A DNA stretch of 64,000 bases from Bugula neritina. Lineage: Eukaryota > Animalia > Bryozoa. The position numbers and the translations under genes are program-made. The notes below the pieces were generated by a model that saw only the letters and a list, made by a program, of their open reading frames with translations, was not told where the DNA came from and ran no database searches. Within the stretch, counting starts at the first letter, position 1. Each line of letters starts with the position of its first letter. The stretch covers positions 1,550,001-1,614,000 of the forward strand of contig OZ037765.1 in NCBI GenBank assembly GCA_964035545.1, given 5' to 3'. Shown here one piece after another: positions 52,533 to 64,000 of the stretch.

Positions 52533-55500
52533 TTAGTAATCTTCCCAGTCAAATCTGAACTCCTTAGAAAGGAGCGACACCATACGAGGACAGGATATTT
52601 TAGTGTTAATAAAATCTCTGACGTAGCCTTCATAGTCCAGCCGAACTAGCCTCAGGACCCTGACAAACATTTGCGTGATGTCATACCTCATACCATCCAA
52701 TCGCATCACCTCACACAGCCGCTGTATAAAATGCGAACCCTTGCCGTCTGTTCTCCAAGTAATGCTGGCTAAAATAGCACAGGTTCATCATGAAGTATGG
52801 TGACCAGAAGAAAGGGACGGGTGGTGAACCCTGCTCTAGTGTGATATGAGGTAAAATAGTTAATAGCTAATATATTTTTTGACCTTGACTAAAGTTAATA
52901 TAAGCTATTAATATTTTTTGAATATGAATGATTCATCGATATTTATAAATTAATTTCACTGGCCTATTACAGTAAGTTTCTTGAATATAACAGGTTTTTC
53001 ATAGCTGGGTCATTTTACTTAATTTAGTACACACTGGATATCTTCAGTTTTTGGCTATTTTTCACAATTTAGCTGATAATGAACATGGTTGTTTGGCCAA
53101 AACTAGTAAAACACCAATAAATACACCTAAATAATCAGAGTTCTTTTTAATTTTGCTTCATTTCCCATGTTTTTCCTTAATTATTCAGCTAGTTTTGGTT
53201 ACGGACCGTTACGGTTTTTTCGTAACGGTCCGCACACATAGAATATCAAGTGCATATGACAATGACCTGTGCTGCAATGTTGGGGAATCCCCTCCCAGCC
53301 TCTTCTGTTATGCGTAGTTAAAACCAGCACTTAAAATTACCATGTATAGCAAATTTCAATTGATTTTGAGCAAACTTTAATGTTAGGTCATAAGTTGCTG
53401 GTGTGTACTAAATGAAGTAAACTGACTCAGCTCTAATTGGAATCTAAACGAATAAAGGTATGGCAAAGATCGGTTCGATCTTTACCCATTGATGGGCAAC
53501 TTGAAAACTTAAATTATTCTTCAAATTTAAAGTTGGATTCTTTTAAAGAAGCCATTTAATAAAAATTATTTTGTATCAGAATAAATTTATGGCCACCTTT
53601 TAATCATAAGCTTACTTTTGTGACAAGCAAATCTCATCATTTGCAGTCATACTCACAAAAGTTTCAACATTTGAAAAGGGGAAGACAACTCAACGTAGAG
53701 TTAGAATACCTGGATCCAGGGAGAACAGAAAGAGGGTGTCTGGTTCAGCTATTTCAGTAGAGGGTGATAGGGGTGGCGGCACAGGAGCGTTGTGACTGAA
53801 CCCGTCGTTTTCAGGGTACTCAGACTAAAACACACAAACATCTTCAGGACTCTTCAAAAATAACTTGTCACTATGTATTACATCATCACTTGTATAAACT
53901 ATATATTGTATAATATACAATATATAGTGAACAGTATAACAAGATTGTAGGGTGGAGGCGAGATTAGCACAAGTGTCGTAGATGATGAGTTATTTGAAGT
54001 TATGCTCTCTCGGTATCAGAACAACGTTTTCAGAACTTAACGTTTTCTGCTACCATTTGAAAATTTGCTGAAATAAAAGAGAAAAGAGGGGAAAATTCTC
54101 CCAGAAATGCACCAGGCAAAGTTGAACCAAATTTTAGAGCATGCAACTCTTTGTTAAACAATTTTTAGCTGCCAGAAAATGTGTATAAAGTCAGCAGTGA
54201 AATGTGTATTCCCAGCCACTAGTTGCCATAAAAGTTCTGCCATTGAAAATGGTAGAATATAGTTTCCATTTATTCACCATTAGACTAACACCATAACACC
54301 TGACATAAAATGGTGTGGGGTGAATGGCTAAAGCCTTCCTTAAAGCTGTCCTTAATTTTCCTCCTAACTATAAAAACCTACGTAAGTTAAGAATTTCATA
54401 CGTAAAAAAATAGAACACTTTCCACTTTGCTTGTAAGAATATAAATTGAATACATAGTCTAGAATCTTACTTGAATGATGAAGAATTTTGGGGTGTCAAA
54501 TAGGGTGGGTATCTTAGGGTACTGGAATGGACTGATGAGCTGTTGATAGCTGAATTTGCCGTCAATTCCGTAGACAATATTCTCAGATTCGCCATAAGAT
54601 AAGACAACTACTATGAGGCAGCTGTACTCACTGAAGTTGACATCAGATGCCACTGTCAAAGAATTCAAAATATAATATAATATATATTGGTGGATTATTT
54701 GAATAATAACCCATTACCAGTATAATATAGCAGTTGTTATATCACATTGCATTTGATATTGAAATGTAATGTGTATAAATGAATAATGTTGAAAATTGAT
54801 GGCAGTATTATCATCTTTCTTCAATATTACAATACACCAACTGTGGTATTGACAAGAGAACGTATAATATGCTGTGACACATGCCAACCTGTGTCCAAAC
54901 ACTAAAATATGTCATGACACTTTGACACTAAATAAAAGTTGTCATGTGAAATCAGTTCATGACACATGACATGTCAGTGTGTCATGACACACTGACATGA
55001 ACTCATGCCAGCGTGTAATGTCAGTGTGTCATGATACATTGATATGGCACATGTCAGTGTGACATGAGCACATGTCAACAAGTATCACATACCTTTCTCT
55101 AGTACCAGGGACATCTGGTTGGTAGTCAGATCTTCTTCAACCTGGATATCTTTAGGCCGGAAGAGCAGACGAGTCTGAAGCATTTCCTGGAGAGCAGCTA
55201 CGTCATGAACCGATCGATCTCTGCTCCGGTACCGAGTGTGACCAAAGTTGATATTGTTGATAATCACAGCATATCCTTTATATCTGTATGTAATGCAACA
55301 TTTTATCAAAGTTTGTACTGGAAAATGTTTTTTCAAATCATAAACAAATTTTTCTAGCATAATCTTACTAGTGAATAACCTTCTCATATTAATACTTCAT
55401 TAATAATTAACAGTAAATACTACAGTATGGTATACACTTCAACTATATAATTCAATAATAACTACACAACATGTAAAATATTTATTAACATATATTAACA

Positions 55501-55804
55501 GTAGCATTTCATATTTTTAACAAACACTTGTGACTTATAACTAGACCACAAAATAATAGCAACTTTTGAAGGTCACATGCTAATTATTTTGCAGCATATC
55601 TTATACCTGGGCTGATTAGCCAATGCAACTACATGTATTAGATGCGAGCTAAAAAAATATTAGAAATAAACTAAAATTGGCCTTTCCGCACCGTTTCAGC
55701 TCATAATGGAAATGTTCATCAGGGTACTGGGAATAGTGATATCTGTCTTGTACAGAATCCATATCCGACACTTCCATGGGGGCCATGTATCCTCCAGAAT
55801 CCAT
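52533..55804 (-). CDS. Caspase-fold protein lacking catalytic His and Cys (pseudo-caspase), 278 aa, 5 coding exons
   Basis: Exons 55804-55692, 55283-55093, 54652-54471, 53824-53710 and 52768-52533 join in frame (837 nt). p20 motifs are KGYAVIINN, VVVLSYG and TPKFFIIQ|SEYP. p10 motifs are DTLFLFS, ITWR..GSHFIQRLC and CPRMVSLLSKEFRF. Confidence 0.85.
54905..55080. repeat. Degenerate CATGACA/TGTCATG palindromic repeat cluster, intronic
   Basis: Many tgtcatgaca/cactgacatg units next to the exon-2 donor. Confidence 0.75.
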
Positions 55805-57608
55805 TATTATTGCTGAAAAAAGCAAATTTATGTTATAGAAAAAATTATAACCATCTTATTGTACAAAAAAGTTAAGTCACAGAAATACAAAAATCATAAC
55901 CAGGCAAAAGAGTTCATGCCAGTCTCAAGTCGTGTTAATTAGTGACTTGAGTTAACCCTAGTAAATTTTAATTGCTGTGTATGCGTGTAATCAATTACTT
56001 TTCAATTAGCCATGACTAGCAATTAAACCCTTCTAACAGCATTGAAACTGTATTTGACAGCTGGCAAAACTTTGAGTTAGACATTTTGAATCCTTATTAT
56101 TTACTAAATTCATTTCATTTACTATAAAAGCTAAAAACTAAATCAAGCACTTTGAGACCTTGGTTTACACAAATTTCTTGTAACAAGCTCATAATTATTT
56201 TCAAGTTGAGCAAGTTAATCTAGTCAAGAAAGTCACTTTAACGTTTAATAAGTCAATTTGAGTTCAGTCGGTGAGTTAGATCTAGCTCTCTATATTTTTT
56301 TATAACAAGAGATCAAAAAGGCTTGGTAACTAACTCTAATACTAATAGTGATATTAGTATTAAAGATGTCCATTTATCATTTTCCCATTTGTATCAAATT
56401 TAATAATGGAAATTAAAATATTGATAAAAATAGTATAAACTATATGTATACAACAATCCTAACCATAATGATGGTGAGTATTTGATTTAATTTATCTATC
56501 CTTGATCTTCAGTTTAGTTAGCATCATATTTATCTTAATATTCAATTCACAACAAGTTTCATTAATATTATTTTGATTATGATAATCATAATCAAAATGA
56601 TATTAATACTAATAATCACAATAATATCGAATAGAAGGCCAATATGTTTATAACTATATTACTACTATTACTACAACTATTAGTAATAGTGAGTATCAGA
56701 TTTTAACTATATTTCAAAACAATAACATTACAAATTAAAAAATATAAGTATTACTATACTCATAGTGATACTGATAGTGATAGTCATCATGAACATGATA
56801 ATTACTAAAATTAAATGATGATTATAATATTAATTCACTATAAAAATGATTAAATAAAATATCCTAATGAAGCTGATAACTAGAATCATTGTGATATTGA
56901 GTATAATTATGATTATCACGTTCAATCCGGTACTCAGTCTCAGACTCATAGTGATACTCTAACTCATACTCACTGTATCATACTCATAGTCATACTGAGT
57001 TACTCATACTGATGCCCATGGGCCATGGTGATACCGATATTTATCATGTTTTATGCAATTGCTTATAAAGACATATTTATAATAGATTAATGTAAAACTT
57101 ACTGTTAAATCAACTTTCTGAAACTTTACCTTCCTTTTCACGTTCAGGTTCACTTTCACTTTGAAGTGTCAGCGGTAGTTTAGGAATAAGTTAAAGTTCA
57201 ACTTGAAGTTTGATCTGAGCTAAAACTTAAGCTGAGTTTTATGGGCCAAATGAAAGTATTGAACAGTAATAACACAAATATATCATAAATAAAAGTTTAA
57301 AATTTGTCACTTGTGCGGTTCAGACCGTTTTAATTACGTTTATTGACTGTTTAATAGCAACATGGTGGTGGCCATAGAACGAAACTGGAATATAAATTAT
57401 TACCCAAAAGAATGGGAAATCCGCTGTAGCTGAAACACGAATTGTTTTATAAGCAGCTACGAGTTAGGGGTGACTTGGTGCAGTAAGTTAGCGTTCTCAA
57501 GTTTGGGAAGTAGGGGGTCCCAACTTTAAGCTTGAGAATCTTAAACTACTGTTTTTATTCACCTCAATTTTGGCGCTGTTTATAGAACAATTTCTGTACG
57601 CCTTCAAC

Positions 57609-59226
<1,618 letters not shown>

Positions 59227-60517
59227 CCTTCAACTATCTTTACTATTCGCTAAAATTTAACTTTTATTCCGGTTTGATCAGACGGCTATAAACTTGCGGT
59301 AGTCAAACCAACTGTCTCGCACAAGTAATTTAGCTGTCAATTGGAAAATGTTAGAAAATGAACTGATGTAGATAACCTCGCTGAGCTGGAATAGACTCAA
59401 TTAATTACTGAGTTCATTGGATAACCTCTCTTGATGGGTCGAACATTGAAACGAAACGACCGCATAAGATTTAAAGATGAAACATTTGCCAGATTACGTT
59501 TACATGTAAAACTAGAAAGTCGCGTTTCAGTTTATGCTAACTGAGTCATTACTAGCTTTTTTATCCGAGTCATACAACGACTCATCCATTTTAATATATT
59601 TATAGGCGAAAAAAGTGTTTCTCACTTCCAGTTCTAGTTGACGTTTTGATTAATCATGATGATGGTGATTAATATCAAATTGAAATTCAATATTATCATC
59701 ATGATTATGTTGTCATTATGAGTATGATACTAATAAATTTCAGATTGAGCTATAATACTAATAATAAATATGAATAATTTAAATTATTAATTGATATTCA
59801 TAGTATAATAGTTATAATTCAAATATTATTATATTCATTATGATAATGAATAATCATAATGATATACAATATTTATCAATAATTATTAATTTAATAGTAA
59901 TAGTAAATCAATTAGTAAATGTAGCACTAATATAAAATTAATTAATAGAATATAAGTATTGTATTTTTAATTTAATAGTAGTATAATAAATAAAAATGTT
60001 ATACTTATTGTTATATTTTTATTACTATTAGTATTACTATTAGATTAATAATTATTTATTCACATCAATTTAAAAATAAATGGATATTATTATTGTATTT
60101 TTAATAGTCATTATATTGAATTTAATATTTATAATCACTGATAATAATCATAATCGTAATGGCAATTATTCAAAATCAAGTTCAATGTCACTTTGGTTTC
60201 GATTTGCATGATCATACTCTTACTGACAGTTGTACGTTAATATAACTATTGCTATTATTAATATTACCATTATAAGTATGGCTCTTGCTGATTATATTGT
60301 AATTGTGTGGGATTCTTCTTAGAGTCTGGTTTATTTTTTCATTCTCATTTTTGAATAAAAAGTAAATCTAATTGTTAATTCAATATACAATGAACTACTT
60401 GTTCTATCAACTCGCTATCTAAATGCTTATCTGCCATTACATGATTAGGTGTTATATTTATATAATTTATTAGTTCCTTTTTGACTTGCCCTTCGCATTA
60501 CTTTACGTGTTTTACAG

Positions 60518-63284
60518 ATGAGTGGGTCAGGTGATGCAACAGATGCTAGGTCAGGCGTAAGGGCGGGGTCAGGATTACCCACATCATCTGCTGAGAGATA
60601 TGTTGATCTTGATGACAGCGCCTTTGAGTACAAGATGAACCACAAGTAAGTTCCTATTAATTGGATTCATTTTCTTTTCAGTAAAACCAGTACATGAAAA
60701 GGGTAACTAGTGCCAGAGTTCTTTTTGCATCTGGAGGTTGCTTAAGCATAGCTAATCTAGACAATTCAGTACTTTGTGTAAGAATATATTTAACAGTTCA
60801 AGAAACAAGATTATATCCAGAAGTCCTGCATAATTATTATATTATGTCAGAATAGTCTAGTTTAGCTTTACGCAAAACAATATTTTCCTGGTGCTTCAAG
60901 TTAACATCCTGCTTTGCAATCACTTGAAAAATTACTTTAAAAGTTTGCACTGATTTCCTGTGTGATATAGTCTTGTATGGTTTCATCTCCCTACGCTGTA
61001 GTTGGCAATTAGCTGGTAGAGTGGCATTTCAGTTATATTATATGCAGCAACAGTGTGTTGATAATGTACATTAGTGCTGAGTGCATATGTACCAAATGTA
61101 AGTAATCTACTAGTTGTACCACTATACCAGCTAACATATACTGTAAGTACATCACTAGACTAGCTAACATATACTGTAAGTACATCACTAGACTAGCTAA
61201 CATATACTGTAAGTACATCACTAGACTAGCTAACATATACTGTAAGTATATCACTAGACTAGCTAACATATAATGTAAGTACATTACTAGACTAGCTAAC
61301 ATATACTGTAAGTACATCACTATACTAGCTAACATATACTGTAAGTATATCACTAGACTAGCTAACATATAATGTAAGTACATTACTAGACTAGTTAACA
61401 TATACTGTAAGTACATCACTATACTAGCTAACATATACTGTAAGTACATCACTAGACTAGCTAACATATACTGTAAGTACATCATTAGACTAGCTAACAT
61501 ATACTGTAAATACCTACTAATAATGTTGGTGTCTGTATTTGCTATAGAAATCGAGGCGTTGCCGTAATTATCAACAATGACTCTTTTTACCCGGAGACAC
61601 AAATGTCAGACAGAACGGGGTCTAGCGTCGACCGGGACAAGTTGCACACAGCCCTCAGCTTTGTCGGCTTCAAGGATATCATTGTGGAGAACAACTTGAC
61701 TGCCAGGAAAATGGTGGAGTTGATGAAGCAAGGTATTTCCTCTCTTCATCACATATCACAGTATTCTTTGTAGTCATTTTATTTATATATTTAAATATAA
61801 AACAGTTTAATATGTTAGAACAGCGCTCTGATTAATTTTTCAAAATACTAATTACAAATTTATTCCCCCAAGTTTTGATAACGTGAGAGATGAAAAGCAT
61901 TCGACATCCACAATATGTGTAGACACGTGGTACAGGTGAGAAATATAGCAAACAGAAGTTATGTTTCTGCAAGAATTTCAATTCCAATCCCAGGCTAAAC
62001 TGTATAATGAAAATTAAAGAACTTGGTCTATTGTCATTTTTCAGCTGCTACACTTACATGAATACTCACTAGGAAATATGTAACTGGCTTTAAAACAAAT
62101 GACTAAAATAAATTTTAAATTATAATATGATATTATTCTCTCTTGACAAAAGTGAATCATTGACTCTTCTCCAATCTGTGTAATACTAACGCTTGTTGCT
62201 AAAGTTTTGAGTCATATTTTATTAATTGTTATAAATGCACTGGTTACTATGGTAACATTTTTATTTATCGTTTGCAACTGGGCAAACACTTCAAGTAAAG
62301 TCAAGAACTATTTAGTATTGTTTTGGCAAGATTCGAAAGCTGTTGCAGTGGCTACCATTGTATTAAAATGTTCACATAATATATGGTAGAATATGTTATA
62401 CATTGTAATATATATTACAGTTGCTAGCATGGACTGTGTTATACCATGTAATATATATTACAGTTGCTAGCATGGACTGTGTTATACCATGTAATATATA
62501 TTACAGTTGCTAGCATGGACTGTGTTATACATTGTAATATATATTACAGTTGCTAGCATGGACTGTGTTATACCATGTAATATATATTACAGTTGCTAGC
62601 ATGGACTGTGTTATACCATGTAATATATATTACAGTTGCTAGCATGGACTGTGTTATACCATGTAATATATATTACAGTTGCTAGTATGGACTGTGTTAT
62701 ACCATGTAATATATATTACAGTTGCTAGCATGGACTGTGTTATACCATGTAATATATATTACAGTTGCTAGCATGGACTGTGTTATACATTGTAATATAT
62801 ATTACAGTTGCTAGCATGGACTGTGTTATACCATGTAATATATATTACAGTTGCTAGCATGGACTGTGTTATACATTGTAATATATATTACAGTTGCTAG
62901 CATGGACTGTGTTATACCATGTAATATATATTACAGTTGCTAGCATGGACTGTGTTATACCATGTAATATATATTACAGTTGCTAGCATGGACTGTGTTA
63001 TACATTGTAATATATATTACAGTTGCTAGTATGGGCTGTGTTATATCATGTAATATATATTACAGTTGCTAGTATGGACTGTGTTATACAGTGTAATATA
63101 TATTACAGTTGCTAGCATGGACTACACTCAAATGGACTGCTTGTTTGTGGCTGTGCTGTCACACGGAGATGAGAACCATTTGTTTGCTGTCGACAGAGCC
63201 ATCTCCTACGAAATGCTGACGAGTCCCTTGAAGTCAGACCGTGCTGCGTCTCTGATAGGCAAACCTAAACTCTTTCTCTTTCAG
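60518..63284 (+). CDS. Effector-type caspase (caspase-3/7-like), first three coding exons; continues beyond the window
   Basis: Exon 60518-60645 encodes MSGSGDATDAR...FEYKMNH. Exon 61548-61732 encodes RGVAVIINN...DRTGSSVD. Exon 63109-63284 encodes CLFVAVLSHGDE...LIGKPKLFLFQ. The short prodomain has a DATD/A site. The QACRG exon is not in the window. Confidence 0.9.
61122..61510. repeat. 33-bp minisatellite, ~11-12 copies, in caspase intron
   Basis: Unit CTAGCTAACATATACTGTAAGTACATCACTAGA. Confidence 0.95.
62391..63123 (+). repeat. 43-bp minisatellite, ~17 copies, spanning the caspase exon-3 acceptor
   Basis: Unit GTAATATATATTACAG|TTGCTAGCATGGACTGTGTTATACCAT. The last copy runs into the exon (VASMD). 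Confidence 0.97.
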
Positions 63285-63600
63285 GTAAGTGTACAAGTTA
63301 GAGGTAAATGTACAAGTTTGAGGTAAGTATTCAAGTTAGAAGTAAGTATACAAGTTAGAGGTAAGTGTACAAGTTAGAGGTAAGTATACAAGTTAGAGGT
63401 AAGTGTACAAGTTAGAGGTAAGTGTACAAGTTAGTAGTAAGTGTACAAGTTAGAGGTAAGTGTACAAGTTAGAGGTAAGTGTACAAGTTAGAAGTAAGTA
63501 TACAAGTTAGAAGTAAGTATACAAGTTAGAAGTAAGTATACAAGTTAGAAGTAAGTATATAAGTTAGGAGTAAGTTTACAAGTTAGAAGTAAGTATACAA
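63283..63600 (+). repeat. 19-bp minisatellite, ~16 copies, spanning the caspase exon-3 donor
   Basis: Unit AG|GTAAGTGTACAAGTTAG. The first copy is the real donor at 63285. Confidence 0.95.
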
Positions 63601-64000
63601 GACTTCTAACCATGTTGAGGAGTAAAAACTACATGTTTGTGTAACTCCCAGTTGCTATTGTAATTATGAAACTTATTGCATGTATGCAAGGGTAAATGGT
63701 AATTGGTAAAGCCTTAGTTTTAAGAATTCCTCTGCTTATAAAGGTGGGGGTGTCTGTTAATGTTCCTAAGCTATATGTGGGTCCTAGTTTATAGTTTCAG
63801 TTACCCTTTCTGTAGCCAGCCTATGCAGTATATATCAGTATAGTTTCCTTATCATTGGGAAATACAAAATCTATTGTAACCTTTTATGACTCATCCTTTA
63901 TTTACATTCAGTGATGCAATAACCACTCTAGTAAGGTGGTTACTATAGGGTGTTGGCTACAGTTGTGTGTTTTTATTTATTCTGTGCATCTTCTAAGAAA

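Noticed and set aside
53825-54470. Hidden exon supplying ACRG to the minus-strand caspase
   Set aside because: I found no AG-preceded Ala-Cys-Arg/Gln-Gly coding segment. The flanking exons already join in frame, and the His is independently lost.
52533-55804. Calling the minus-strand caspase a pseudogene
   Set aside because: No frameshift or stop, all splice sites canonical, and the fold motifs are retained despite deep divergence from its neighbour.
61033-61602. 189-aa hydrophobic ORF
   Set aside because: Antisense reading of the 33-bp intronic repeat.

Overview
AT-rich, intron-containing animal DNA. It is probably a lophotrochozoan-type invertebrate, but the species cannot be determined from sequence alone. 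Gene models were assembled by hand from GT-AG junctions. In order: (1) a CCDC78-like gene (+, 613-10053) whose N-terminal half is a degenerate kinesin motor domain; (2) two tandem class A GPCRs resembling FFAR4/GPR120 (+), each with an intronless CDS; (3) a long shugoshin gene (-) head-to-head with (4) an Alba-domain RPP25/RPP25L gene (+); (5) an unrecognised, probably N-myristoylated 278-aa protein (-); (6) an intact-ORF caspase paralogue that has lost both catalytic residues (-), divergent from (7) a conventional effector-type caspase (+, runs off the window). A 1.6-kb foldback DNA transposon with an 8-bp TSD lies between the two caspases. There are also tRNA-derived SINEs, a small MITE and many minisatellites. 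Two observations stand out: the pseudo-caspase/caspase head-to-head pair, and a recurring pattern in which minisatellite units are copies of a gene's own exon-intron junction or stop codon, giving arrays of about 10-17 near-identical splice sites.
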